Under the pieces are notes generated by a model, which was given only the letters and a program-made list of their open reading frames with translations, did no database searches and was not told where the DNA came from. Of a stretch of 64,000 nt of DNA, positions 45,942-60,745 are shown piece by piece (within the stretch, counting starts at the first letter, position 1; every line of letters begins with the position of its first letter). The position numbers and the translations under genes are program-made. Source of the stretch: Camelus ferus (lineage: Eukaryota); NCBI RefSeq assembly GCF_009834535.1, contig NC_045697.1:100070001-100134000 (forward strand), read 5' to 3'.

Positions 45942-48900
45942 ACTGTGTAAATGTGCTTGTGAGCAGAACCAATTGTGTGTGGGTGTCAGGGAGGAGAGGC
46001 TTTCCCAGTGAGGGTGCTGTGCTGGTCGTCCGCTCAGCCGTAAGCATCTAAATGTGACCATATATGTATTAAGAGTTGACATCTTTTTCAAAATGCTGAC
46101 TTTGTTGATATTGTTCTTGTTTTCTTTCTTATTCTCTTTAAAAACTACTTTATTAATTTTGAAGCAGGGTGTTCGCTTTGACTTTATGGACGAAGAGGAA
46201 TAGTGTTACGTCTTGCACAGAATGGGGAGAGGAAACAAGAAAAAGTGAATTAGCTCACTCAGACTGTTAGCGGGAGCAGGCACGGATAATTTGGCTTAGA
46301 TATAATATTTAATAGACCAACTTTACAGAACCTCACAGTTTATATCCCCTCGAAATGGTTCATCAAATAGAATAATATTTTGAAAAGAAACCCAATTTAT
46401 ACCCCTCTAAGAGAAATTACAGTCATAATGTTTAGTAAGAGGTGTCAAACCCCATTTATAAGTGAATACCGTATAGGGATTCAAATTCAGGTCAGCTGGT
46501 AAACGCCTCGAATAAACCAACTGCTAAATAGTGAGGGGCTTGTGACTACACCGGCTGCACGGGACTGTCTACTCAACAACAACCATCCTATTCATACCAG
46601 GATAATAGCAGTAGGAGAAGGTATTTGCCGGGATAAGAAAGACCGTGTTACACGGTACCTTACAGGGGGGCTCACTGATGTGTTCTGTCATCCTACAAAG
46701 ACTCCCCTGGACCTGGCTGGACAGAAAGGACGGGGAAGCACTTTAATGCAGATAAAGGGATGAAAACACTCTGACAATAAGGACTCCCCATGCCCCTTTC
46801 AGTTCAGTATTTTATTTCTCTTGGCAAAATAAAATGGAAAAAGATACCGTTGTAATGGGAACTTCACAGTCTGGGAGCCATGCTCATACTGTTTGCTCAC
46901 TTTAGAGAAGTCCACTTACAAAATGAAAATGTCCCCAGCTCTTAGCTTTCCACTTATATTTACTTGCCTTATAGCTCAGGCAGGCACAAGGCTACTCAGT
47001 TAAAAACGACAAAACAAAGCCCCAAGTCAAACACAAAACCCTGTATTTGGACAATCTAATGGATCAGGATCGCAACCGAGTCTTTGGTAAGTGGACATTG
47101 TTCAAAGGAGGATTCAGGGTGAATTTCATAAACACGACTCTGGGACTGGCATCCTTCACCCTCTGAAGGGCTACAATGCTGCAAACATTTACTGAACTCA
47201 GCATATTGAGAAGGAGGCAAAGAAATGCTCTCTGAAAGATGTAGGACTAAGGGGCACCAGTTATCAGAGAGAGACTGACAGGCTCTTTCCAATCTTCTTT
47301 GATTAAGAAGAAATGGAGTTAAAGGAGTTTAGGAAAACTGTAAAACAATTTCTTTAAGCTGCCAGGCAAGGGTTTCAGTTAGCTGCAGGTAGCGTTTTCT
47401 AATTGAGAAGGCTAGGAGCCTGTCCATTTACATGGAAATGTAGAAGAATGGAGTAAAAACATCATCTCTTTGGTGTACTTTAGGCAGAGTGCTACCCGAC
47501 GGCAAAGGGTGGAGCAGAACTTTCAAAATTCCTCTCAGATCCAGACTCAGTGTCATCCTCTGGGACAATACCAGAAAAGCCTCCGGAGGGCACGGAGGGC
47601 AGGCACACACCCTGGTGCTTTGTGAGGACTGGCACACACGCCTGCCTTCTTCACAGAGGCTGTTCCGTTCTCTGGGGGGAGCTCGGGTGCGCCCTATGTT
47701 CCCGTTCTGCTGGGCTTTAAGAATCCTTGGCAAAATCCAGAGATGCTACTGATGTTTATTTTTCTGGAAGTCAAGTGTGCCAAGTAAAATCCTATCCAGA
47801 CTTGACAGGCATCAAACCATGGCCAGGACACCCAACCACTAAAAGTTAAAATATTACTACTCATTTCGGAAATAAGCCAAAAGGCCACACAATAATTCTA
47901 TCTTAAAACAATTACTGGCTGTCTTTTCGAGTCTTTTTTTACAACATGGAGAAGTTACACCTCCCCATGAAAAGTCTGGAGTCAAATACTACTTAGTCCA
48001 AAATTTAACCACTGGGGATGGTCTGCTCCACTGTCCTGACCAAGGAGCACTGGGAATGATAACTGGGAGCTTTGAAAATATCCTAAGCAAGAAGAACTAG
48101 GTCCAATGATGTGACTGTTTACCTTTAACTGTGAATATGCTGAAGATTCTGGAGACCAAAGACACACATACACACATGCAAGCACACACATACCTACATT
48201 TCCCTCTTCCCTGGTAAGAACCAGTTAGAGCCAGGAATGTGCAACGTGCAAACGCTGAGTTTAATTTTGTAAGTCGCCAGTATCTGGTGGAGATGTTGGG
48301 TTTTTACTAATGTTTTGTGTTCATTGTCACTGATTTTCACCTTGAATGTGTTATGCATTTACAACTCTGATCTGGAAATTTAATGCACTGCCTTTCAGAT
48401 TCTAGCTCAAAGCTATAGTCATACAAGTTGATCTGTGTTTGGTGTGTCAACTGGGAAAATCAGCATACATCTGCCACGGAGGCAGCTGGTACAGGGGAGA
48501 ACACACAGCCAATTCAGGGCTTTGTGATGCTTCAGGTGTGCCCTCTCCAACGGAGACACTCTGATATTCCTGGGATAATTAGCCTTTTGGCATTAAAGAA
48601 GGCCTTTGATATCTGACCTGATCCTTTCTTCTTCAGTGACATCTTGGGACTTTAAAAATTCTATTTATTCTCTGCCATTAGCAGTGAGGAGTGACAAAAG
48701 GGAGGGGGCTGCAAAGCGGAGCGGGGAAGGGGGAGGCTGGTCTCTGCATCCAGCATGTCTAGCTTCTTCTAGACGGCGCCTATGTTTTCCTCACCTCTCT
48801 CTGTGCCGCCCTTGGATCTGGGGTCCTGGCTAGCATCCTGCCCTCACCCCAGCAGCTGGTAGCTCCCCAACCACTAGTCTGTGGCCTTCACTTGATATGG

Positions 48901-49549
48901 TCCTAGGGAAGCCCTCCCCCAGAGCACCAAGCCAGCCAACTGCTGTGGGGTGGGACAGATTCTCTGCATGGGGGTAGAGACTCAATTTTATAAAACATAT
49001 AACTGGGGGCACCAGCTTGACGGTAGCGCTAGAATTACACTGTTCTGGCTCTGGTTTCCTGCTCGCTCCAGCTCTCCACGGAGATCTGAGCTCAGCAGAG
49101 GCCCTGGGCCAGATTCCCAGCGGCTGGCCTCCCCTCCGATTGTTGGGAAGAGCTTGTTTCCTCTGGAATTCGGCTGATTGTGGGTGATCTCTGAAAGTAT
49201 GGCTGCAGGTCTGCTTGATGACAGTGCAGGGTGAGGACCCGGAGGTCAGCAGTGGACCGCCGGCCCGTCAGGCCTCTGCCGGGGTCCCACCCGCTCTCGT
49301 GCTCTGCAGCCTGGAAGAGAAGCCTACGAGCTGCTCAGGCAGCATCTCAACTCACGGACAAATAAGATGCATATGGTGGGAGGGTCAAGATGTTCTCAGA
49401 CTGAGAAAAAGTGAGAGGGGTTTTCAGACGTGGGAGATCTCTTACGGCCTCGTCAGATGACGCCACTGCTATGGAACTGAGGGGACACAGGAAATCCAGG
49501 TATGACATTTTCTCCCTGCTTTGCGGGTAACGGGGAAAGACAGACATTA

Positions 49550-49879
<330 letters not shown>

Positions 49880-51733
49880 CTATCATTTGCATCTGAGTCT
49901 TCCAAATTTCAGAAAATGTAAAGTTTGTAGAAACAGAGAGACTTCTTGCTTTCTCGATAGGAAGAATCTCTTAGTGGAAAGAATGCACATGGGGAAACTT
50001 GCACAGACCTTTCAGGATAACCTGAGAGTGGCAACTTTTAAATCAATCCAAAATGTCTTTTCCCACAGTCAGAAGACAACTGCAAAATAAAGCCCCATTT
50101 CTGTTGATATTTGGGGTCTCACACAAAAGGGGCAGAAGTGCTCCTGGAAGCACTTCACAGCCCAAGTGACGTTTTAGGCTGTTGCCAGGCTGGTGGTTGT
50201 CACATCAGAGGCCAGAGTGAAAAGTATGGTTTACGGTTTATACAGCTGATGTGCTTGCATTACTGCCATCCTCACGTGCCAGCCCGCAGGAGCCGTGCTC
50301 CGAGTGGCAGGATAAGAGGGGCATTTGGTAGGTGTGGTGGGGGAACTTCTAACTGAGCTTTCTCTCAACTTGGCTCACAAGAGCCCACTCAGAGATATCA
50401 GGGACTGCTCGAGTCAGAGTCTTCTCACTGACAAGACTCCAGACCACAGGCAGAAGCAGTCAGAATTTCCAGCCTGGGGCAAGAAGAAAGAGGACTGTCT
50501 GTCTTTTAACAGGGCATCCTTAGGGCACACCATCCATGCCTGACTCTCTCTCCTCAATGTGCACTATTCTTGGAATCCTTCCCTCCTGTTCCCTCACTCT
50601 CATCTTCTATTGTTCTCACAGTTCTAACAGTTTTCTCTGTGTTAGAAGGCTTTAGGTGCGAATGCTTACAAAGGACACCCGAAATTAGAGAAGAGCTCAG
50701 GAAGTGCTACCTCTGAAACTGACACTGAGAAGAACCCACGTGCCAAGGATGGGATTAGCTATGGACGGGATCTGCTCAGACCGGGATGAGGAAAAGGAGA
50801 GGAGCAACCTGGACGTGTCGTGTTTCCAGATGATTGTTTAGAAGTCCCTGCAGATTTACTGCTTGGAAGGTATATGTCACACTTATTAGTTCTTTTATCC
50901 ATGCATCCGTCCAACAAGTGATATGTGCCAAGAACTCTGCTCCTCCCTGGGAATCAGCATGATAGTGATTTGGCACCTTCCCTTTGGTAGTTTAACAGGA
51001 GAGGGAGGCACTAATAAAATATAAATAAATGACTTAATGACAACAGTACTAAGTATTGCATTAGAAGAACACGGAGTTGGCGGGAGGCTTGTAACTGAGA
51101 GATCTATCCTAGTTTGGGTACACAGAGGAATTTCCCTTCACAGGTGCCAAAGCTCAGACCCAAGGGCTGCACAGACATTGTACACATGAAGGAGACGGAG
51201 GAAAAGTAGGGTCCTATAGGTAGAATGACTCACTCACACAAAAAGCCCTGAGCTGGGCGCTGGAAGAAGGCCGGTCCCAGGGCAGCAGCGTGAGGGAGGG
51301 GCTGACACAGGATGAAGTGTCCCCTTCACTCCCAACCCCAAAGCTGGAATCGACCTCTCTGTGTTCAGGCTCTACATTCAAGGAACAAGTTCCTAATCTA
51401 AATTTGCTCACTGACTGGTGTTCCTCCTGGGAAAAAATGCCGAACATTCTGGTCCCCTTGACCGTTCCTGGGAGACAGGGTCTGTTGTGTTTCCTGCACA
51501 CATGCTGGAGTCAGAAAGACAGCAGGGCCAATCAATAGCTGTTTTAGCCATTTAAGTCGGTTGGCCTTATTTAAGCCACCTCGTATTCCCCAGTCTCATC
51601 TGCCTCATCGATAAGAGGATATATCTATTCACACAGAGAAGCCTTCCCTGAGTCTCCCACCCACAGAAGCCAGTACTTACTCTTACACCCTAAGTGATTT
51701 TTCTCCCTGCACTGGTCATTCTTACACCTCCTC

Positions 51734-52099
51734 TGTGAGGGTTAGTTTTACGTGTCAACTTGGCTAGGCTACAATACCAGTTACTCAATCAAATGCTAAT
51801 TTAGGGTATTTTGTAGATGTGAACTAATATCTATAATCAGTTGACTTTAAATAAAGGAGGTTATCCTAAATAATCTGGGTGGGTCTTCCCCAATCAGTTG
51901 AAAGGCCTTAAAAACAAAACTGAAGTTTCCCTGAGGAAGAAGAAATTCTGCCTTAAGACAGCACCATTAGCCCCTGCTCAGAATTTCCAGTCTGTATGCC
52001 TGCCTTACAGATTTCAGAGTTGCCAGCCCCTATAATAACATAAGCCAATTCCTTGAGAATATATAATGGGATATAGTGGCTTTCTGGAGAACATCTACA
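51734..52099 (+). mobile_element. MLT2 (ERVL) solo LTR nested in an L2
   Basis: tgtgagggttagttttacgtgtcaacttggctaggct...gtttccctgaggaagaagaaattctgcct...ctggagaacatctaca. Perfect 5-bp TSD tcctc (51729-51733 / 52100-52104). Confidence 0.9.
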
Positions 52100-52188
52100 T
52101 CCTCCAATGAGAATGTAAGCTCTATAAGAGCAAAATCTTCATGTGCCTAATCCACTATTACATCCCCAGCATCTAGAATAGATCTTGG

Positions 52189-52394
52189 ACAGAAAATCAA
52201 TGACACCATAGAGCAGTTAGATAATTGATATTTTCAGGACATTACATCCAAAAAAACCAGAATATGCATTCTTTTCAAGTGCACACGGAACATTCTCTAG
52301 GATAGACCACATACTCGGACACAAAACAAGCCTCAATAAATTTAAGAGGACAGAAATTATTTCAGGCATCTATTCTAACCACAGTGGCATGAAA
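52189..52394 (+). mobile_element. Internal L1 ORF2 endonuclease fragment with a perfect 16-bp TSD and no poly(A) tail
   Basis: Translates to IDIFRTLHPKKPEYAFFSSAHGTFSRIDHILGHKTSLNKFKRTEIISGIYSNHSGMK(LE). TSD ctagaatagatcttgg at 52173-52188 and 52395-52410. Confidence 0.88.
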
Positions 52395-54219
52395 CTAGAA
52401 TAGATCTTGGCACACAGATGATGCTCCAGGAATATTTGCTACATGAATGGATATTTATCAAAGGACCTGACACTCCTCACCACCTACACATGGTCACCAA
52501 GTCCCATCAACTCACTGTTCCTAAATCTCTTCCACATTCACTGCCTCTTTTCTTTTCTCCATGCTGCTCCCTCATTCATGATCTCATTAGCTCTTTTTCT
52601 GTCTTGATGTAATAGCATTGAAACTGCTTTCCACGCCACCAGTCTTTTCCTGTTCTTTTCATCCCACTCATCCTTGCCAGATTTATCTTCCTAAAATAAA
52701 GTTCTAGTGACATCACCCCCTTGTTCCATTCTGTTCTTTGCCTGGAGCTGGATACAAAGATGAATAAGACAAGGTTCTTCCCTTCAAGGTGGTACTGCAG
52801 TCCTTTAGTGGTTCCCTGGGAACTTTAATGAGAAAGGCCATTGAAAGGTCACACTCCTGGATCCATCATTTTCTGGCTGTTTGATCTTAAGCAAGCCTTA
52901 GCTCTCTAAGACTTAGTTCCTCAATTGTGAAATTTTATATGTGTACTTATAGATATGAAGTTCATAAATGATTGGGTCTGTGTGTGTGTGTATAAGAAGG
53001 GAATAAATAATGCCCACAAAGCTTAAACCAAAAGTCCTGGTCTTTAATTGTAAGTTACCATTAATCTTATACATACCTAATTAATATTACTATATCTTGG
53101 CTTTAAGTATTACATTATCACTCTGATTTCTACTCTAAACTTTCTAATGCTGAAAGCAAGTAACTGCAAATTTAAGAAAAAAAAAAAATCAAAAGGAGAC
53201 CTAAGGGCAAAAAAAGTGCTGAAATAATACACAAGGTGATACATAGGGTGATCATGCTGGTTATTAACTAACACTCATTTATTTCTAGCACCGTATTTCT
53301 TGTTGACCAAATATGAAGATTATATCTTTACAACTAGGGTTGCAAAATAATTTTTTCCTTCCCAAATGGAAAGAAAAATAAAAGTCACTAGACTAAATAT
53401 ATGAAGGGATAGGGAAAGAATCTGGAGTTTAGTGAAATGTGCCGACAGTTCAATAAACATCTCCAAGACAAAGTCAATCTTAATTCATCCTATTTGATGA
53501 TTCACAGTGGAGCGCTATCCCTTCCCATGTTTTAACAAAGGCTGCATGAGAAAGTATACACAGAGGAACAACAGCACGAGATTTTCTATCACTTAACAAT
53601 CCTGACAAGCTGGAAATACAACTGAAGGTTGACCAAAACTCTTCTCTCCTTCCTGATTCACCATAGGGAAGCAAACATTTGACAAAAGATGATGCCAACA
53701 GCTGCATCATGATGCTGAGATGATTACAAAAAGTAAATTAAGTTCTTACATGGTTTGGGCAGTAATGACAAACCCCACTAATCATTTCCATACCTATTGA
53801 TTCTCGTTTTCTGTTGTCCTTTCACCCATACACACGTGTGACTCTCTCCTCAATTAAATGACAGATTTTCCCCACTAGGAGGCAGAAGGTGCTCTTCTGG
53901 CTTTCTATCTCATTTACTTTTGTAGGCTTTGTCAGACCCTGCCACCCTCCCATGGACATTAGGATCCTGGGGCTTTCTTTTTGGCACCAAAGCAAGCTGT
54001 TTTAACTCCTTTGGTGAAATGGTTGTCAAAGAACGTGAGTCACCCAGGGACCCAAGAATCCCATTCTCCCAGGCAACACAAACTGTTTAAATGAGATACA
54101 GCCAGTGCTTCTATGGGTAGTTGAAATGTTTCTTCTACGCCACTAAATCTTATTTGCTAAGCTGTCAATGAAGTAAGAGTGAGCTTTTAATTAATAGATA
54201 ATCATTTATTAATAAACAG

Positions 54220-54440
54220 TATCTACTGATTATTGAATGCCTACTATGTACTAGGCATGTTCATACATTATTAATTCACAACAGCCTTATGGGGTAGAAA
54301 TTATTATTCCCATTTTATGGAAAAAGAAGCTGAAGCTGGTTAAAGTAAATTAAATTATCCAAAGAGCTAGTAAGCTGCAGAGCTAGGTCTCAAACACAAA
54401 CCTATTGTCAGTGTTTGTTCCCAAATCTATATTCCATTGC
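54220..54440 (-). mobile_element. MIR SINE
   Basis: ttattgaatgcctactatgtactaggca...cacaacagccttatggggtag...ttattattcccattttatgg. Confidence 0.75.
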
Positions 54441-55427
54441 CCTTCCTCCCCACACTGAACTGTCATGAGCAAGGCGGGGGTACTGGAAGAATTCAAATTT
54501 GTATTCTTTCCTAGCTTATTTCTGTGCTCCACCTTCAAGGGGGAGGTACCTTAGTTACAGGGATTGGGAATTGAGCAAAACCAGAGGAAAAGCCATCTGC
54601 CTTACGTGCATGCATTTGGCTACAGAAGAGAAACACTGTCAAATATTGGCCTCATCAGGCCTACACTTAGGTATCAGCCTGCTTCCTTTATTTAGGAATG
54701 GGATAACATGAGCCTTAAAGTGCTCTGTCCTCCCCCAGTCTCCACTGCCCAATAAATCTAAGTTGGCAGCTCCATTACCTCTCTACAAATTTTCAAATTT
54801 GTACCATGAAATACCACAGAAAGAAATATCTACATTTCTTTTCCAAGGCTCTTCCCAGCCTGATCTGGTTTCTCTTTCTTGCCTTGGCTTTCTAAAAGAC
54901 ATATATGCTATCACTCCTCAGATTTGAAATGCTTCAGCTGCTCCCCACTGCCTACAGCACAAAGTCAAAATGCCTGAACACAGCATACAAAGAAGGCTCA
55001 CCCAATCTGGCCCTTGGCACATCTGCTACACCCCCATGTTTACCCTGCACTCTCACCATAACTCTAGAATGTCCTTCTCACTTTAACAAATTTTTCTGAT
55101 GTGGAAAATCTTGCTCATAACTCAAGTCACAGCTCAGATGTCCCTGCTTTTCCCTGAACATCCCACCCCTTTTCTCCAGACTCTGCCAAGGAGAGTCAGT
55201 TTCTTTTCCTTTTCCTCCTATTCTGTTTTTTCACATATGTTGCAGCAGCTGAGTATGTGCTCCGATTTCAGGGTTTGAAGACCACTCCTTAGCTTTGTGA
55301 TCTTTGGCAAGTAACTTAAATTGCCTGTGGCTCAGTTTTCCCTTCCGTGTTTTATGACAATGTCCTTTAACTGACAACTCTTTGGATTAATATTCTTTGC
55401 AATAACCCTTGAGAGGGTTTTTATTAC

Positions 55428-58318
55428 AACTAAAGGACAAAGGACACAGAGAGGAATAAATAAATCCCTAAGTTAGTAGAAGGAAAGAAATAACGAAGAT
55501 TAGAGCAGAAATAAATGAAATAGATGCTAAAAAGCCAATAGAGAAGATCAATGAAACTAAGAGCTGGTTCTTTGAAAGGATAAACTAAATTTATAAGCCC
55601 TTAGCTAGACTCAGCAAGAAAAAGAGAGGACCCAAATAAATTAAATCAGAAATGCAAGAAGAGATGTTACAATTGATACCACAGAATTACAAAGATCATG
55701 AGACTATTATAAACAATTCTACATCAACAAACTGGACAATCTAGAAGAAACAGGTAAATTTCTAGAGACATACAACCTACAAAGACTGAATCATGATGAA
55801 ACAGAAAATCTGAAGACTAATTACTAGTAAGGAGATCGAATCAGTAGTCAAAAACCTTCAACAAGTAAAAGTTCAGGGCTAGACGTCTTCACTGGTAAAT
55901 TCTACCAAACATTCAAAGAAGAACTAATAACAATCTTTCTCAAATCCTCCCAAAAGATAAAAGAGGAGGCAACTCTTCCAAACTCATTTTATAAGGCATT
56001 ACCCTGATACTAAAACCAGAGAAAGACCTCACAAGAGAAGAAAATTACAGGCCAACATCCCTGATAAACATACACGCAAAAATCTTTAACAAAATATTAG
56101 CAAACCAAATTCAACATTAAAGAGATCACATATCGTGATCAAGTAGGAATTTATTTCAAGGATCAAGGATGATTCAACATCCACAGTTACACCATGTTAA
56201 CAAAATGAAGAATAAAAATCACATGATCATCTCAATAGATGCAAAAAAGCATTTGAAAAAGTTCAACATTAATTTATGATAAAAACTCTCAAAAAGCAGG
56301 TGTGGAGGAAAAGTACCTCAACATAACAAACTCATGACTTACATCATATTTAGTGGTGAAAAGCTGAAAGGATGTCTACTCTAGCCACTTTTATTCAATG
56401 TAGTATTGAAAGCACTACCAGAGCACTTAGGCAAAAAAGAAATAAAAGGTATCCAAATTGGAAAGGAAGAAGTATAACTGCCATTACCTGCAGATGATAC
56501 GATATTATAGATAGCAAACCCTAAAGATTCCTTCAAAAACTGTTAGAATACATGAATTCAGTAAAGTTGCAGGATACAAAATCAGTACACAAGAATCTGT
56601 TTCATTTCTATACATGAATAACAAACTATCAGAGAAATTAAGAAAACAATCCCATTAGCAATCACATCAAAAAGAATAAAATACCTGGGAATAAATTTAA
56701 CCAAGGAGGTGGAAGACAGTATGTTGAAAACTATAAGACTTTGCTGAAATACATTGAAGAAAACACAAAAAATGAAAAGATATTCCATAGATTGGAAGAA
56801 CCAATATTGTTCTAACGTCCATACTACCCAGAGCAACCTACAGTATCCAATGCAATCTCTATCAAAATTTCAATGACATTTTTCAAAGAAATAGAATAAA
56901 TAATCCTAAAATTTGTATGGAACCACGAAAACCTTCCAAACAGCCAAAACATCTTGAGAAATAACAAAGCTGAGGGCATCACACTCCCTGATTTCAAACT
57001 ATGTTACACAGCTATAGTATTAGAACAGTATGGTACTGGCGTAAAAACAGACACCTAGATCAAAGGAATAGAATAGAAAGCCCTGAAATAAAGCTACTCA
57101 TATATGGTCAATTAATTTACAACAAAGGAGCCAAGAACATACATTGGGAAGGTACAGTCTTATCAATAAATGGTGTTGGGAAAACTGAAGAGCCACATGC
57201 AAAAGGATGAAACTCGGCCACTATTTTAAACCAAATACAAAAATTAACTCTAAGTGGGTTAAAGACTTGAATGTAAGATCTGAAACCCTAAAACTCTTAG
57301 AAGAAAATATAGGTGTTCAAGGAGCTTTCCTTGACATAGGTCTTGGAGATGATTTTTTGAATCTGACACCAAAGTTAAAAGAAACAAAAGCAAAAATAAA
57401 CAAGTGGGACTACATCAAAATAAAAAGCTCTCCACAGCAAAGGAAATCATCAACAAAATAAAAAGGAAACCTTCTGACTGGGAGAAAATATTTGCAAATC
57501 AGGTATCTGATAAGGAGCTGATATCAAAAATATACAAAGAACTCATACAACTCAATAGCAAAAGAAACCTCCAAACAATTTGATTAAAGAATGGGCAGAA
57601 GATCTCAATAGACATTTTCCCAAAGAAGACACACAGATGGCCAACAGGTACAAGAAAATATGCTCAACATTATGAATCATCAGTAAAATGTAAGTCAAAA
57701 CCACAATGAGATATCACCTCACATCTCTCAGAATTGCTATTAGCAAAAAGACAACAAATAACAAATATTGTCTCAGACGTAGAGAAAAGGGAACCCTTCT
57801 GTACTGTTGGTGGAAATGTAAACTGTTACAGGCACTATGGAGAAACAGTATGGAGGTCCCTAAAAAAATTAAAAAATAGAACTACTGTATGATCCAGCAA
57901 TTCTACTTCTGAGTATTTATCTGAAGAAAATGAAAACACTAACTTGAAAAGACACACGAACCCACATGTTCTTTGCAGCATTACTTACAACAGTCAAACA
58001 TGGGAACAACCATAGTGTTCATCCATGGATAAATGGATTAAAAAATTGTGGTGTATATATATATATACAATGAAATATTATTCAGCCATAAAAAGAATGA
58101 AATTTTGCCATTTGTGACAACATAGATAGACCTTGAGGGCATTATGTTAAGTGACACAAGTCAGGGAAAGACAAATACCATATGATCTCTTACATGTGGA
58201 ATCTAAAAGCAAACAAAAAAACACAAGCTCATAGATACAGAGAACCTAGACTGGTGTTTGCCAGAGGTGTGGGGTGAGGAGCAGACAAATGAGTGAAGGA
58301 AGTAAAAAGGTAAAAATA
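55428..58318 (+). mobile_element. Degenerate L1 ORF2 (linker, RT, C-terminal domains) plus partial 3' UTR, about 2.9 kb, antisense to RNF150
   Basis: gagctggttctttgaaa, gaaaattacaggccaacatccctgataaac (ENYRP), a degenerate FADD motif (cctgcagatgat) near 56490, and ORF fragments TVWYW...NRIESPE and [13 protein letters not shown]. Many frameshifts and stops. Confidence 0.95.
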
Positions 58319-58400
58319 ATGAAAGAAAGAAAGAGAGGAAGGAAGGAAGGAAGGAAAAGAAAGAAAGGAAGGAAGGAAGGAAGGAAGGAAGAAAGTAGAA
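58319..58400. repeat. (GAAA)n/(GGAA)n purine microsatellite
   Basis: Read directly at the truncated end of the L1. Confidence 0.9.
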
Positions 58401-60377
58401 AGAGTCAGTTTCATTACTGCTTAGCTAATATCATTTCAGTGAACTGAGAACCACTGATTGCATGCTGATCTTATATAATAATAGACAGTTATTCTGTTGG
58501 TAAAAATATATTTCTTGCTAATATTTTTGCCCAAACTCATTTTAAGACTTAAGATAAATGTGTTAAAACCCTTGTAAAAATATTTCCTAACTAAAACCAG
58601 AAAAATGGAAATGAAACAAGATCATTCTTGCTCATAATTGGCATTTATTTTTTAAATTCAATAATAGCTCATGTTGGCAATGGTGTAAACAGTCTTATAT
58701 CCTTTGGTGGGAATGCAAATTGATTTAACCTTTAGTGAAGGCAATATGACAGAGTGAATCAATTCTGAAATGCATAACCTTTTGATCCAGTTTAAAAAAA
58801 AAGATTTCCGTTTAGATTGATGTCTTCATAGTGAGAATAAATTTAAGCTGTTAAAAGAAAAAAAGGATTAAAAAAAATTACCTGGCCAATAAAAATCAAA
58901 AAAGTCGTGGTGTTTGGGTTTTTGTTTTTGAATCACTTGTTTATATATGGGTAAAATTAACAGTATTTTAACAACTGGTACGGCCCAGCACTGACCAGTC
59001 TCAGTAGACGTCAGTTATAAACAGTGAGCGTTACTCTATAGAGTTGTGTATTCCTAACACCAAGCCCTATGGCCTTGCTATTCACTCTGGTTTACTATTC
59101 TATATACCGAGTGAGGTTATGACATCTTGGAGAGCAGAGATGAAATGTTTCTCTCTCCAAAACCTAGTAGAGTAACGCATAGGCTAGGCTCTCAATATTA
59201 CTTGCTCAAAAAGATGAATTCTGAAATGTCCATCACCCCAAATCATTATTTAAATCACAGTAATTTAGCTCCTATTCCTTGCAAGTGAGTTTCCCATGGT
59301 AGAGCTTACCCTGGAAGCACCTTCCTTAATTTGTATGGACTCTAAAACATGAAAGAATTCTGTCTTCTCCTGGGGGCCTAAAGAGGACAGTATGTGGTTG
59401 ATGAGTCCACGCTCTGCTCAGACTGCCAGGTAGACATCACACGGGGCCCATCCTTCTATGCAGATTTCATCAATTTATGGATCTGGGTACAGGCATTACT
59501 CTGTTAGAATGACCAAAACAGCACTGGTGATGGTACCTACAGAATGTCCACGGAGCCCAGACTATGTAACGGCTAGTGTAGAGGAGAAATGGATTCCATT
59601 CCTACCCAGAGAAGAGAAATCTAAAGTATTCTTATTGATTTTCTTAAGATTCCACTCCATCCCTGCTCCTGAAATCACGTGAATTCAATGAGAACTTCAC
59701 TGGAATCTTGACTGCCATAGCTTTGAAAAACACGGAAATCACTGGCTTTTTCTGTGCATTATCTTTGGCCCAAATGCCATGCCTGTGGTCCAGGAACCAG
59801 CAATCTTAAGTACTCAGTGTATCATGAAATTTCTCTATATTTTCTACTGTGTTGTATTATGTAAACCAGTAGGCTTAATCTCCATCCTTCTTACGGAGAA
59901 AAGAGCCTTGCTGACAAAGGGCACGTTCGTTCAGTGTAGTATAGAAGGTAGATTTCTTAGTTATATGTGAGGAATTCTGAAAAAAAGAGTATTTCTGCAA
60001 ACTGTTAAAGAGAGTCTGAAACTGATACCGGAACTCACTACTAGGAATGCTGAGTTCTGAGAAAAAGTAGGAAAGTCAACACAGACGGAATGACAAATTA
60101 ACGTATGACATGTAGGTAGCAGTACTCTATGTAAAACCTTGTGCTAGGCATTGGGGGTACAAAGATGCATCAGGTTCGCCTCCTGCTGGTGAGGTGTTTT
60201 AAATACAGAATTGATAAGCTGATAGGAAGATACACAGTCCATACTGTGTAGAGCTTAAAACTTCGAGCCTGGGGTCAAGTAGGTTTCATTTTTAATCATG
60301 GCTGACTTTCTGGAGTAACACCTAAACCCCTCCGAGCCTTATACACTGAGGATAATAATAGTACCTATCTGAGGCAC

Positions 60378-60745
60378 GCATTAACACTGCTCATCCCTTA
60401 TGAGGGCTTGCCGGCTTTCAGGCATGTGGGAAGATGACGGGCTCTCCTGGTGGCAGCTATGGCCACGTGACTACTTCTCGCCAATAAGTTATAAAGAGAA
60501 ATAACAGATTTCACCTCAGGCTATGACATGTGATTACTGACCTGTCAATAAACAGTGTGCAAGATGGAGACTGCTCTGACAGCCTATCATGAGCTGATTC
60601 TTTGTCGAGACACAAATGGACACAAAACGTAACTAAGGTATCTTTGTTGTATTAAATCACTGAGAGTTGGGAGGTTTTTTTTTTTTTTTTAAATTGTTGT
60701 TATTGTTGCTGCTGCAGCAAAGCCTAGCCTGTTCTGACTAGTAAA
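60378..60745 (+). mobile_element. MLT1-type MaLR LTR nested in a MIR
   Basis: ggccacgtgactacttctcgccaataag...caagatggagactgctctgacagcct...ttgttgtattaaatcactgagagttggg...gcagcaaagcctagcctgttctgacta. Confidence 0.7.

Noticed and set aside
46642..46656. ACCGTGT-T-ACACGGT inverted repeat
   Set aside because: 7-bp arms are expected several times by chance in 64 kb.
55428..58318. Active or domesticated reverse transcriptase
   Set aside because: 5'-truncated L1 with many frameshifts and stops and a degenerate catalytic motif.
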